DNA of 64,000 nt from contig NW_025766359.1 in the NCBI RefSeq assembly GCF_003918875.1, forward strand, positions 806,001 through 870,000, given 5' to 3'. A program made the translations under genes and the position numbers. Positions within the stretch are counted from its first letter, which is position 1, and each line of letters starts with the position of its first letter. The DNA is from Haliotis rubra. Its lineage: Eukaryota. Below the pieces are notes generated by a model that saw only the letters and a list, made by a program, of their open reading frames with translations, was not told the origin of the DNA and made no database searches. Shown here piece after piece: positions 14,197 to 27,547 of the stretch.

Positions 14197-15700
14197 TAGG
14201 GCCCGTAAGTCTCGCGAGGCGCTACTTCCGGTACTAGATTTCGGTGACAAGTGAATACTAAAGAACCATTTCTGGTTTCAAATTGCGCGACCGCCAATAT
14301 GACCTTATTAGACCGGACCAAATGTACTACCATGCTTGACTGTCACAGCTGGTGATAGTCGTAATAATTGACTAATTTTGGGACGATACGATCGGAAATT
14401 TATTATTCCTTCAAGGGTTATCGGTTCCTCACTGACAACCGACAACCATGAGTCAATTCGAAAACATATGAGTACCTTTCTTTAGCTATAATATATTTTG
14501 ACAACCAGCGCAGTTCTATCGCTAAACGTGTTTCTTTTCACAGTATCGCGGACAGTGTTTGTCAAAAATATATTCTGGGCATCAATGACATGGTTAACGT
14601 GAAATGCATTTGAGTAAATGGTATTCATTGAATATGATAAAACTATCAATTAATACACTGCTATTTATAAAACAGTCATGTGTTACCAACTTTATCAAGT
14701 TGGTGTTCTATTCATATTTGGCCACATTGACTCATTTTCAAATAAAATATGCAATTTCCAATTGGAATATTTTCATTTGTTATTTATTTTCTAAATACAT
14801 TTGTTATGCTGCAACAATATTTTCAGTAACTATTCCAAATTATAAACTATTTTTACGTATTAATATTTATATTTGATAGGAACTATTTAATAGATATAAT
14901 CAATGGAGACAATTGGCTTATATATAACTACTTGAGCTATTAACATAAATAGTTTATAAACTAGTTGGTAGGCTTAACATATAATTTTACTCTATTCCAA
15001 GCCTAAGGGATGACTGTATGCAAGTTCAGGTGACAGAATGACTCAAAGTTACAAGAAAGAAATTGTTTGTTGCTTTGCAAATTTGACAGAAAATGCATTG
15101 TAAACTTTACTTTGGATAGATTACAGAGATTTGCATGTGTCAAATTGTTGTTCTTTGGCATGCTGTAAATATATTGATAATGATGTATATTGTTTTAATA
15201 AATAGCAGTTCTCGTAGCATAATAAAAGATATAAATATATGACCTTTCCCATTTATGGTGACGTTTTTATTCACACAAAAAGTCATAGTGTCACAAATCA
15301 GTCAACAGCTCGATAAATAACCTTGATGGCATGGTTAACATTATTTCGGTAACTACTTTCAGATATTCAAAACAAAATTGTCAAACCCTCAGCCAGATGA
15401 ATATTCATCATGAAACAATTATTTATCAAACTATGTAAACAATATTTTAGTGCGGTGATACATAAAAACTGGTTTTTGGACAATATTTATTACACTTTGT
15501 ACATGATGTCGTGTATGTTATGAAACATGTACTATGATGTACAGTACATGAGAGTTGCTAAGTTTTTGGTTTTGCAGGGTAGAGGTTGCTGTGCAGTCAG
15601 CAAAATATGGAGCAGCACATACACAGCACCTTCAAGTCACAATTGGCGAAATTGCAAGACCAAATACACTCAAATATGAAGTAATCACTCAAAGACATTT
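14197..15700. mobile_element. Probable non-autonomous transposon-derived segment separating SDR copies A and B
   Basis: Homology among SDR 5' blocks ends abruptly at ...gctata|gggcccgtaagtctcgcgag. AT-rich non-coding interior. No second TIR found. Confidence 0.35.
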
Positions 15701-15971
15701 CCTGTATTTTAAAATATATCAGTTTACACTTGCACAAGAACATAATCTATTACATGATGAAACACTCACACGCGCATACACACGAGCGCGCACACATACA
15801 CACACGCCCGGTTTCGGGTATCCTGTTTGTTGAAAATGCTCGAGTAAAAACCAGTGTATGTGTCTCACCATGACCTGGTTGAATCCAATGACCCATCCGA
15901 CACACTCAATGACAGGTTGTTGCAATTCCGTATTTCGAACTGATACATGTGCAACTGTCTTTAGGTAACTA

Positions 15972-16238
15972 CCTTTATTTGACGGAAGTTGTTTTTCTAC
16001 TGTTGCACGCGCCTTCACAATACTGTCAGTTTTAGTCACATCCAACGACAACGTCTTCAGTCGGGCAGACGACACTTTCCTCAGTTCGTCTGCTCCTCTT
16101 TCAGAGAAACACGATTTCGCAGCCGGTGATGAAGACGTAACTCTCCCATATTTGCCGACAGTTGGAAGTCTCATCAGCTCCTTCAGGAGAAGAAAAACCA
16201 CCATCGCAGCTACAGTACAGCCACAGCATCTTGAATAC
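15972..16238 (-). pseudogene. Truncated SDR9C pseudogene (copy B): first coding exon only
   Basis: Near-identical to the first coding exon of copies A and C, but with a 2-nt and a 1-nt deletion and a ~60-nt deletion removing most of DTGFGNLLAKRLDSLGFNVFAA. Downstream intron homology to copy A stops near 15718 and no later exons follow. Confidence 0.88.
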
Positions 16239-16402
16239 CTGGTGTGGCGAGAGAGAGAAAAGAAAATGCACAGCTGCTCGAAAGCCATAATTGTGTAATA
16301 CTTGAAGAACTTCCAGGAACCTTTGAGTGATTTATTGTTCCTATTTGCTTTTTACTGCACTGAAACTTTTCTCAACTGCAAGATCTGTCTGGTCCTTGAC
16401 AG

Positions 16403-16785
16403 AAATAGAGAATCCCACATAAGTGTCTACTGATATCAATTATATTAAGTTGATAAAGTTACATATACCCGAGGCTTGCCGGTAATAGTTTACTTTTATC
16501 AACGAGTGCTGCTATATTTCATATCAGAAGACACGAGGGTGTGACTCTATTTATCACAAAAGAATCACTCTTCATTTAGTTTTCAATGAAAAATGTATAT
16601 CTCTGAACACGGAACTGCCATTAGGCTTGCAGTGCAGCGATGTCATAGTACTGTGTCGTCAACAAGTATAGCATTGAGAGTCACGTAACTGATGACGTCA
16701 GGGCATTGTATAAAATCTACTGTTGAAACGATATCTCCTGGGAGGTTTTGTTTGATCTCACATAAACACCATTCGATGATAAATA
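16403..16785. mobile_element. Hairpin-ended non-autonomous element inserted in the SDR copy B first intron
   Basis: Absent in copy A (~12996). Imperfect inverted repeat 16403-16552 centred on cgaggcttgccg. Confidence 0.6.
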
Positions 16786-17698
16786 ATGTTTATCAATTTG
16801 ATTGTGATAATTCAGTACGGCATTGTTTCAGTTCAAGGTTCACCTCAGTCTGTACACTAATCAGCCTTTAAACTCTCACAGCTTACACACAGTGATCGTC
16901 TCAAAATGTCAAATGTTGACATTCCAACTGGAATTCTAAATGGCATTTAATTACTATGTTTGTCAAAGCTTATATAGCACATGCACATTTACTCTTAATG
17001 ATGATCGGGTGCATATGTGTGTAGGGTTTAGTGAATGACATATGACCTTGTGGACATCATTATTTAAACATACAGAGGGCGACTAATAGCTAAAGTAAAT
17101 GATATTAAAAACGTTGAGAAAGCACGTATCTACCAAATTGATTATGTGGCCAAAACATATTTTAAGGGTACTTTGATTCCCTATTTCTAGGTATATCCCC
17201 AGTGTGACGAACAAAGGATTCACACACTCATCCGTATAGCTGTTACTGTCATGTTCACTTATATCCATATATTTTGGTGGGCTATATCCAGAAGGCTCAT
17301 ACACATCGAATTATACTATTTTGTATTTGTAGTAAGCTGTTGCTTGGAATGTAATTTTTCACAACACCTGGTCAAGGTGACATTTGGTTTTTTTTTGATA
17401 ATATAATCTGTACAGCCAAGGCCGCCATACTGAACGGTTGCTGCTCTCAAAATAAGGTGCTCGCCATAATGGGCGTGTTACACTTTTAACTTACTTAAAA
17501 ATACCAGGGTGAAAACTTTTAGTGCTTAAATACATCAGTACATACATACTGTGAGATATACCACCATGTCCTCCAATCTCACAAATAGTCTCAGTCGCTA
17601 GAAGCTATCAACTCAACAATGATAGCACAAAATGAGTTGATTTTTAATGGAGTTCACATGCACAGACGTACAAGGACATACAGCTGACAAATACTTAC

Positions 17699-17910
17699 CA
17701 ACGTACAATGTTATCTGTAGTATAGATATTTGTAATATGCATCTGTCGTCACCAATAGACACCAGATACCAATACTTAGTACTGATTTGAGTCTCCGCTG
17801 GCGCGTTCCTTCCTCGGTGTGTAACAATCGACTTTGTACTCTTCTCTGATGTACGTAATCAAGTACTGGTTATTGTGAATGTGCTGTTATTTATGTGCAT
17901 TGTACAGTTT
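17699..17910 (-). other. Putative non-coding first exon / 5' region of SDR copy B
   Basis: Third copy of the same block, donor GTAAGT at 17698. Confidence 0.5.
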
Positions 17911-18599
17911 GTTTACTTTATGTTTCATCTAAACTGATAGTTTTTCTAGACCAGGCCGTTTGTAAACATAATGACTATGTTGGTTGGAACACTTGTGGTA
18001 TCTGAAGAACGAAACTGATTTCACACTTCAAAATGAACTGGAACAGTAATAACAATTTTCATGTCATCAAATGGATCAGAGAACATAACAATGCGTTATG
18101 AGGATGTGTTTGTGTTAAATAAAATGTCACATTGATTAACTTGTGGTTGTTATGTGACACAAAATTTTAAAGCGCTGAGTGTGGATTTGAACTCACATCT
18201 TGAATTTAGACTATGTATTTTCACCCGTTAAGAGTAGGCTGAGGAGTTACCTCCGCTGTGTTTGTTTTGCCTCAGGTTTTGGTAGGATCCTGTAAGCTAT
18301 GAGATGATTGTAGTGTGGCATGGGTTTTACGAGAAAAATCCAGAAATGTACAATAGGTATTTAAGGTATGGTTGTTGAGGTGTATGGAGGAACGACTTTG
18401 GATTTACGCTCATCTGTCTGCCAGCATTGATGTTTCAAGACCTGCCACTCAAGAGGCCTCATCTACATTCAACTTTTAACAGCTGTCAACAAACTTCAAT
18501 CAGTAAATCAAGGATCAACACTATAGACATTTAGTTAATATTTTAGATTTGTGAGCCAATATGACCCAATATTTGAGACGTTTTGTGAGAAATGTATTT

Positions 18600-20455
18600 C
18601 AACTTTTGCAAACAAATTAATTGTGAAACCATCAAAATGGTGTTTAAAATTTTATTAAGTCCCCTAACCCTGAGACAGTCGTTGACTTGCACAAATCAGA
18701 TTTATTGCAAATTTCTGCACATTTCGAACTTGAGGCCAAACCTGCAGCTGCTATGAGGAAATTTCAGATTTTGAAATTTGTGTTAAATCACTATATTGAT
18801 GTGGGAGGTTTTGAACATGGAGTTTTTGAAATGGTTAAAACGAATATTCCCACCATTTGGAAATGAAAAAAAAAATTAAGTTCAGTTACATTTTTCAATG
18901 AGAAGAAAATAGAAAACAAGAAGAACTAAAAAGACTGGATATAGAAAAAGAGAAAGAACAAAGAGTTAGAAATGGAGAAAGAAATAGAATTCAGAAAATT
19001 GGAATTTTTGAAAGAAATTGAGCTGAAAAAGCTCAAAAACTCTTCTTCTCCCTCAAACGCTCCCTCTTTCAACATTGCAAGGCACGCCAGACGTACTCTA
19101 GTTTAAATATCAGTCTGCAGGTTCCCCAAATGCTTTTGTGACTATCGCACCTAAGCCTTCTTTCCAGGTGGTTCTGAGGAGAACTTTCTTTGTGAGAGTA
19201 AGTCATTGATTGTGTTGGTCCACTACCTAAGTCTGGTAACCTGGTAACTATCATATGTGCTTCTGCCAGATTTCCTAATGCCATTCCTCTTTGTAGGATT
19301 GTCGCTCCTGTGATTGTCAAGCTTTTAAACAAGTTTTTCACCTCAGTTGGTTTGCCAGATGTTGTTCAGTCTGATCTGGGCTCTAATTTTATGTCTAAGG
19401 TGTTTCAACAAGTTATGTACCAGGTGGGTATTGAGCAGGTTAAGTCTTGTGCTTATCATCTGGAGTCACAGGGAGCTTTAGAGAGGTTTCATCAAATTTT
19501 GAAGAATATAATCAAGACATTATTTTGAGACATAGAGAGATTTGGATGACAGCTGTTTGCTGTACATGCCAGGGAGTCAGTTCAGGAAAGTTTAGGGTTT
19601 AGTCCCTTTGAGTCATAGTGTGCGCGGGCCACTAAAACATCTAAAAGAGCAATGGCTCGATCACAATCCTGAGATCAATATTTTGCACTATGTTTCTACA
19701 TTTCGGAACACTTTCAAAAGCATGTGAGTTGGCCATACAGAATTTGAAAGCTTCACTAGCAAAAAAATAAAACAAAATATGACTGGAAGTTAAACGAAAG
19801 AAATTTATTACTAGTGAAAAGTGTCAGTCTTACTTCCCATTCCTAGTCAACCACTGAGAGCTAAATATCAGGGTCCATATCTTGTTGACAAAAAGGCTCA
19901 GACTATGTCGTCCTGACTTGCCGTCGTAAGCAAAAGAGGTTGTGTTATGTAAACATGATTAAGAAATATCATGACAAGGTAGAAACCAAACAGGCCAATT
20001 ATCAGATTTGTTGATCGGTAATTTTATGCCACACACTCCCCAGTTACTGATTGTACTGTAGGCAATGCTGAACACGTTGACAATATTGATGATGGTGTTA
20101 GCAATGTGAAGTTTGATCACCTTACTGATAATGTTTCAGATATTATGTTAAGATATAAGATAAGTTAAGATATTCTTACGTGTTAGCTTACCTTGATGAG
20201 AAATTATCACATTTATCCCCTGAGCAGAAAGCTCAAATATCAGTTTTAATTCATGAGTTCTCTCACTTATTTCCTGATGCGCCTGGCCGAACTGATGTTG
20301 ATAGCCACGATAGAGATGTAGGTGAGGCTGTGCCTGTAAAAACATCCGTATCGGATGAATCCTGTGAAAGTGAAATTCTGCGAAAATAAGTGAAATACAT
20401 GTTAGACAATTACGTAATTGAGACCAGTGACAGTCGGTGGAGTTCATCTTTTGTC
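18600..20455 (+). mobile_element. Degenerate Ty3/Gypsy LTR retrotransposon, Gmr1-like domain order (gag - integrase - RT)
   Basis: Coiled-coil gag-like EKEIEFRKLE; integrase IDCVGPLPKS, QSDLGSNFMS, AYHLESQGALERFHQ, GFSPFE, KYQGPY; then RT start EFSHLFPDAPGRT..HPYRMNP..VKYMLDNYVIETSDSRWSS. Confidence 0.85.
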
Positions 20456-23180
20456 ACCCCACTAGTTGTGGTGCTTCTTAAGTTTTCAACAACACATAAC
20501 CCTGTTACACTTAGCATTATTCCGCTTAATTACAATGTTAAGCAACAGTGCCAACGGAAGCTTAGTTACATCATCTCCCTGTCTCCAACCATGGTACAGT
20601 CTCCGACCATGGGTCATCGGCTCAGTGACCCCGAAGACGGTACATTATCACCATGTCCATCTTTTCCCTGTCCCCGATCACGGTACACAAGCCCCCAACA
20701 ACGCTACATTATGTCCCTGATGATAATCTCCCTCACATATCCGCAAAGAGGAGAGATGAATACGGAGTCCACCTCTGTATCACCCAACTGTGACCGATCC
20801 GACCATTGTTCGACATCTCCCTGTCATCCCCGAAAAGAGATGAAAAAGATAACGGCACCCACCAGTACCCAGCTATGGTTCATCGTCTCTCGGTCCCCGA
20901 CCACATCACTTCATATCCGGCCACCTTTCATTTCATTGTGTTAATACAAATTAAAATAACATATTTTATGTAATGGATTAAAAAAGAGGACGGACCACAA
21001 CAATTACGTCATGAACATTTCGAAGTAGTTTCCAAACAACAGTGTATGTTTTCAGAGAATCATAATGAAAGTATACATGAAAAGAAGAACTACTGTGCTC
21101 TTTGTTGGTGTATTCTGCAGAAACGACTTGATCAAACCGCTTTTCGTAAAGCGGGTATAACTCTGAGACATTTATTCTTACATAGAATACCATTGATACT
21201 GTACCCGCCTATACGTTTTTTTTGTACATCTTTTAAGATCTACTTCCCCCGTGTGTAACCGAGCATGGAAAACTGTACTTTAGGTTAACGTCGTAGAGTA
21301 AACCGTGGATAATTTACCTGTTAAAGTGTTATTACATGCTTGTGTCAAAATGTTACCAGATATAACACGAGTCAGTAACGTGGGGATTCACTCATTGCCT
21401 AATAGTGTTGACGTACATTTTGTAAGTTATTGTTAAATTTAGGAAAATCAAATCCAATATTATGACAAGAGGGGAATTAGGCTGAAATTCTTAAGTTTAA
21501 CTTAATGATTTACCGATTTTACCATAATGATTTCACTCCCAGCTAAACATCCTGTCTTTAAGCATAATTATGTATTAATCAATATATGTATAAAGGGAAT
21601 TGACTGTTGGACTTTTCGTGTTAAGCAGACATCGAGATGTTAGCTAATTTTGTATTTGAAATGTGTTTTTTTTCTTTACTTTTTGCAGTCAACAGTTTTT
21701 TTCATCAAATATCGACCAAATGGTACTGGCATTGATACTCAGTTGCATTTAGAGTAATTATATACATATTTCATTTTATATAATTTCAACCATCGCATTT
21801 TTGGCTGCATGTATCCATTCCATTTAGATTTAAGATATCATCCAAGTTATCAAATAAATAAGAGGATATCAAGCTGATATAACATCTTGTAATGTTCATA
21901 TCGTTCAGTTCAGTTCATAAATATAATCTTTTTGGCATAACATGATGGTAGAAGTCTGTACGAAGCTCTGGGCGAAATGGATAACAACCTACTTTTACAT
22001 ATTGTATTTGCTGATAAAAAGCAAATTCATACACAGCTATAGATGAGTATATGTTACTATGTTGCATTTTGTTTAGTTGTTAATTAACTTCCATGCGCAT
22101 CTGTTCACAAGCTGTCGACAACAGTGAATCTATCAGGGGGCAAACCTCCCCATCAACAGGGTTAACACCGGTGCACCAACAGATTCTCCATGTTCGTGGG
22201 GTTATTGAGATTTTAAGGTTTTGAAGTAACACAAACACTGTTACAGAATAATTCATTGTTGAATGAACGTGATCTGCCACAGACTAGGGCCAGTGTTGTC
22301 AGAGATTCGGTCTTGTCAAACCAAACAATAGGTGAGGTTTGGTGGTTGTGTGCGTATATCCGTGTGTCTGCGCGTGTGCGTGTGCGTATGGGAGTACGAG
22401 TGTTTGTATGAGTGAGAGGTTACTTAACTTAAAATCAAGCCTTACTGCCAGGTTATCCTGAGTTTATTTTAGTGATTATTTTCGAGTGGGTGAATATTAA
22501 GACGATAAAGCTATTCTGTTTTCAGTTTTGCGGTCCTTTATCGCTGATTTAAGAACGCTAAATGTGATTTAAAAACCGAACGCGCTAGTCATATATGACT
22601 CAACTGAGGCTCGACACAGATATGTACTATTCATTGTATTGTAACACGATAACTGGTTTGTAAGTTCGATTTGCCTGACTTCATGATTAGTTTACATGTT
22701 ACAAATAAACAGTTTGCAATCGCAAACGTAAATAAAGGGTAACCAAAATTATCCATATTTAGGATTTTTGCAGACATCCTTGAAACAAACTATACCTTTC
22801 ATGGGTAGAATGCTTGAGTATTTGCCCTTAGAGTACCCCAACTGATTGGCTATGCTTCCATAAAAATACATCAAACAAATATTGGCTAATCCCACCAGTG
22901 GAGCAGCTATGTAGGCTCTGTGGCATTATCGACTTCGAAGACTTCTCAACAGACTACTTTACTGATTTGCAGAATGTGCACATTGGTGGTTTTGTTCATC
23001 CTTAAACACAAAACATCAGTCAGTTCTTATATAACCTTTATAAATGTTCAGAAATGAATGCTTTTAAAATGACCTCACGAAATTCATGTTCCACATTGAA
23101 AACAATTAAACATATTTGTACAGATAGCGTCTGTGACATGTTTGTTAAGGAGCCCAAATCGCTAAAACAATTTTGCTGTA

Positions 23181-23640
23181 CTCAAGTCAAGTCAAGTTTA
23201 TTGTATACAAGTCTTCCGGCCCATATGCAAGGAGTTACATACATATACATAACTATAATACATAATACAATGAAATTACTTGGATAACCTATCATTTCTC
23301 AAGACAACAGCATGCTTTACAAACAGTGAAAGGTTACGGGTAACAGTTTCATTTCTGGAAGTGAGAATCGAGACAAAGGCTATTGTTGGATATTTTGATA
23401 GATAATTACTTGAAATATATTTTCTTCTAAGATCATCATAATATGGACATACAAATATAAAATGAATTTCATCTTCAATAGATGAAGTGCATAATGGACA
23501 AATTCTCATATTTCTTTCTACAGACAATCTTCTATCTTCAATAATACTTAAATCTAAAAGACCTAGTCGGAGCTGAACAAATGTGCGTCTGATATTTCTT
23601 GATGTCAATACAGATAAATATATTTACTCAAGGAAGTAAC
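23181..23640 (-). mobile_element. 3' end of a LINE (5'-truncated)
   Basis: ORF 23276-23608 with LRLG..L.I...R and CPLC..IEDEIHFIFVCPYY zinc knuckle, followed on the minus strand by AATAAA and a (CTTGA)n tail. Confidence 0.85.
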
Positions 23641-24108
23641 ATCTGATGAGGACATTAGATCAGATTCTCTTCTTTACCATGAACTCAAGAACAATCCAAC
23701 ACTGGTCAGGTTGTTGTACAACACACCCAAGATTTGATCCCAACAGATGTCGCAATCCAATATAGGTCTCCAGCACCACCAGAGATGGTGCGCCGGTTGC
23801 TGAGTTTAAATAGACTGATGGACGTAAGAAGGGATACACCATTGTTGGATGGTAGCTGAAACAAACAAAATCTGGTCATTGTTCAATGACGATAGATGGG
23901 TTATCATGTTTACGTTTTCGACAATAAATCTGCAGTGTTCGGCCACTGATTTCATCCGAGGAACATTTTCATAACGTTTGTAATCTTTCGGGTAAATTTC
24001 ATTTTAATTTCATTTTTCATTTTGTCCGGAAGTCCAGTACTTGACCGGACGACAGACAAGATCATTTGCGTTGTCCGTCACATTTCTTTTGGCCAACCTG
24101 TCTTAATC

Positions 24109-26481
24109 TTAACGTCGAGAGAGAGCTCCTTCTGGCACTTCATAGTTAGCAGAGAGTATCCGGTCAGAGATCCACTCAGGCAGATTCCACAGCAATCTAA
24201 AGTAGTATTTGCAGTCGTTTCCCACCAGGTAGCGAGTGCGGGGGAATATGGCGGTGATGGCGTGTGTGTAGGCGTCCACAACCAGGTGCGTCTTGGGGGA
24301 CGCTACGTCACATGCGACTTTGTCAAAAACCGGAAGCACTAGAAATTAGAGATTAGAGAATCTAAATCTGTTTCCTATGTTATTTATTATTAAACATGTC
24401 AGTCATGAGGTGTAAAAGCCCACCAGCTGCTAAACTTCCGATTGCCCCACGACGGAATGACTTGATTTGGTGCGGAACATCCTTCTAACACAGATTCCGA
24501 TCTAACGCTCCCATCATTCCTCTTTTCCCACTCTCAGAAATGTAAATTTCCTAAAATCACCAATTACAAAATAATAAAACGGATACTTTCATAAAGAAAG
24601 CAAAACGGCGAAAGCAGTCATGTGCGGATGTATCATGGATATATTAAGTTATGTTCGACTTCAAATTGTGCTCTCCAAAGACATAGAAATAGAAATGGAA
24701 GACAACGGGCGGAGTGTTATGTTTTTCAATCTCAACCGCATGGGATGGGCTTCGTGGATCAAGAGTATGAACATCACCACGACCAATCTGCGGGGGAGAG
24801 TTATGAAATATGGGCACCAAGGTGACTGCTTTACACCTTCACAAAGTCTCTGTGTTCACCTGAGTAGCCACGAGTGACTAACGTCTTCCGGCTAAGCCGC
24901 CAAAGATGTGTTGACCCACGGACGGACATACGACATAAATAAACACATATCAAGCTGAGCAACAAAGTGTGTTGGGGATGCACGCAGATGGGAATATATA
25001 TTTGTTACCTTTCCGAACGAATTCTTTTCCGTAATATCGTTGGACATCCGGATCCGTCTGCTTAAAACTGTTCTCAAAGGATGTCTTCATAGCATCGGTG
25101 TTTAACATGTTTGTTCTGAAGTAGCCAGGCTCCAGTAAATGGACGGTCACACCCTGCTTTAAAACCTCTCGTCTGGAAATACAAAACACTCCGCTACTAC
25201 TCAAACAACTACAAATCAGGTACATGTATAACACAACATATCCACTGAATAGCCTTGACAAAAGGATGACTGAGGGAATGAGATTTTACGCCACCTGTTG
25301 CTGTATTCCAGCCATACCACACAGTACGGGCAATACGTGGCTTCACACTGCGTTCCTATGTTGGGATTGGAACCCGAGTCTTCTACAATACTGACAACAC
25401 TAAGCTAGTTAACTAGACAAAGGGATCTTTCACTGAAAAGAACTAATATTTTGCGTTAGATGTGAACATTCAAACCTGAGACAATCTGTAAATCCTTCGA
25501 CGCCATATTTGGAGACAACATACGGTGCAAACGCTGCTGCAATCCTTCCGATCACGCTAGAGACATTGACTATGCGTCCTTGACCTTTGCGTACAAGTGG
25601 CAGAAATATTCTTGTAACGTCAATCACGCCGTATAGATTGATCGAGTTACACCGTTCATAATCTTGCCTTGTCATCCATTCCGACAGGCCAAGTGCCCCG
25701 GTTATACCAGCATTGTTGACGACTGCCCACAGCCCTGTAGGAAGACAAACCAGAACACACAAAGCTCTAGTAGCGCTACGACTATCGTAAGTCAATTTTA
25801 CAGTATAGGAGGTACGAATGCTACGAGAAAAGTAGCATTGAGACCTTTGGCTTACGAGAGTTTTGTGAAACGGGGCCCAGGGACATATATGCTAAACAGT
25901 GAAATTGTCACTAGTCACTAGTCGGACAACTCCAAAGATTCCACTTAAAAAGCCATTTATGTAATACATGCACATAACGTTTTTCATGTCAATGTTTTGG
26001 GGTCACTCAGCTTCTATTCTCAATCATCATTGCTTTTCATTTGAGGATGTCATAAATAATTGGTGACTGGGGATATCCCCAGCATGCCTTTGACGGACAT
26101 ATCTGTCAGTCTGGCATTATTAATATATTCTACAAGGTGTTTCAGATTCATTCTCTGAGGTAGATTGANNNNNNNNNNNNNNNNNNNNNNNNNNNNNNNN
26201 NNNNNNNNNNNNNNNNNNNNNNNNNNNNNNNNNNNNNNNNNNNNNNNNNNNNNNNNNNNNNNNNNNNNNNNNNNNNNNNNNNNNNNNNNNNNNNNNNNNN
26301 NNNNNNNNNNNNNNNNNNNNNNNNNNNNNNNNNNNNNNNNNNNNNNNNNNNNNNNNNNNNNNNNNNNNNNNNNNNNNNNNNNNNNNNNNNNNNNNNNNNN
26401 NNNNNNNNNNNNNNNNNNNNNNNNNNNNNNNNNNNNNNNNNNNNNNNNNNNNNNNNNNNNNNNNNNNNNNNNNTAGTAATA

Positions 26482-26512
<31 letters not shown>

Positions 26513-27011
26513 CAGGTGTAATTGTTGTAGTAGAAGTAGTGGTTGTGGTAGTATTGGCAGTAGCAGTTGTAGCAGTAAACGTGGTTGCTGTAGTATAGGT
26601 AGAAGTTGTAGAGGAGGATCAACTGTGATTCTGCATGCGTGAAGTTTTCCAGTACGGTTATAGCTTAGAGTGGAATAATCGTAAATAATTACCTTTATTT
26701 GACGGAAGTTGTTTTTCTACTGTTGCACGCGCCTTCACAATACTGTCGGGTTTAGTCACATCCAACGACAACGTCTTCAGTCGGGCAGACGACACTTTCC
26801 TCAGTTCATCTGCTCCTCTTTCAGAGAAACACGCTGCAAACACGTTGAAGCCGAGGGAGTCCAGTCGTTTGGCCAGTAGGTTCCCAAAGCCGGTGTCGCA
26901 GCCGGTGATGAAGACGTAACGCTCCCCATATTTGCCGACAGTTGGAAGTCTCATCAGCTCCTTCAGGAGAAGAAAAACCACCACCGCAGCTACAACGTAC
27001 AGCCACACCAT
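24109..27011 (-). CDS. Short-chain dehydrogenase/reductase, SDR9C family (retinol dehydrogenase / 17-beta-HSD6-like), copy C, 323 aa
   Basis: Coding exons 27011-26693, 25734-25476, 25172-25009, 24338-24109 (319+259+164+230 nt), GT-AG, same phases as copy A. TGCDTGFG, NNAG and YVVSK intact. An N gap lies in the intron after the first coding exon. Confidence 0.9.
25270..25420 (-). mobile_element. Old degenerate family 1 SINE
   Basis: ttttacgcc...attccagc...ggcttcacac...gaacccgagtcttc. Confidence 0.6.
26169..26473. other. Assembly gap (305 N)
   Basis: Run of n. Confidence 1.
26474..26615. repeat. Degenerate (TAG)n trinucleotide repeat
   Basis: tagtagtag... adjacent to the gap. Confidence 0.9.
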
Positions 27012-27299
27012 CTTGAATACCTGGTGTGATGAGAGAGAAACCAACATCTGTTGTATGTTTCATACTGCACAGTCTCTGTGTTCACAATAATTACATATAT
27101 GAACGTCGTCAAAGCGAGGCTTTCCAGATTTGGGAGGACAAGTTACAAACAGAAGGAAAGACTGACACGTTAAAGACGAATTTAACTTGAGAAGGACCAT
27201 TTGTACCACCAGCCTTTAAATGCCAAGCAATAGAAACACCTATTCTTGTGAGGCTGCAGTTGAAATTGACTTGGGTGAGAGATGGAGTGTTTGATGGCA

Positions 27300-27547
27300 T
27301 TAGAGTGTGAGTTAGTGAGAGATTGTTAATGACTGGTGATCGAGTAAATGAGTGTTTGGTTGAGTGTGCATGAGTGAGTGTGTGATCCGCTAACTGAATG
27401 TACAGCGATGTGTGTATTCAGGGGTGACTGAATAACTAAGTATGTGATAGCGTGAGTGTGCGAGGTCACGTGAGTGTGTAACCAAGTCGGTGGTTGAATG
27501 ATTGAGTGTGTTTGAAAGTGAGTCCTGATGAGTGTGTGCGTGCGTGC
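27300..27547. repeat. Degenerate (GAGT)n/(GT)n low-complexity tract
   Basis: Repeated gagtgagt/gtgt. Confidence 0.75.

Noticed and set aside
18001-18020. CTGAAGA-ac-GAAA hammerhead core
   Set aside because: No room for stem II and no flanking stems.
20452-21467. Possible solo LTR (tgtca...tgaca) and the 184-aa ORF 20390-20944
   Set aside because: No TSD seen; beyond the first ~22 RT residues the ORF has no recognisable motif.
26050-26622. Tyr-rich / X-containing ORFs
   Set aside because: Translation of the (TAG)n repeat and the N gap.
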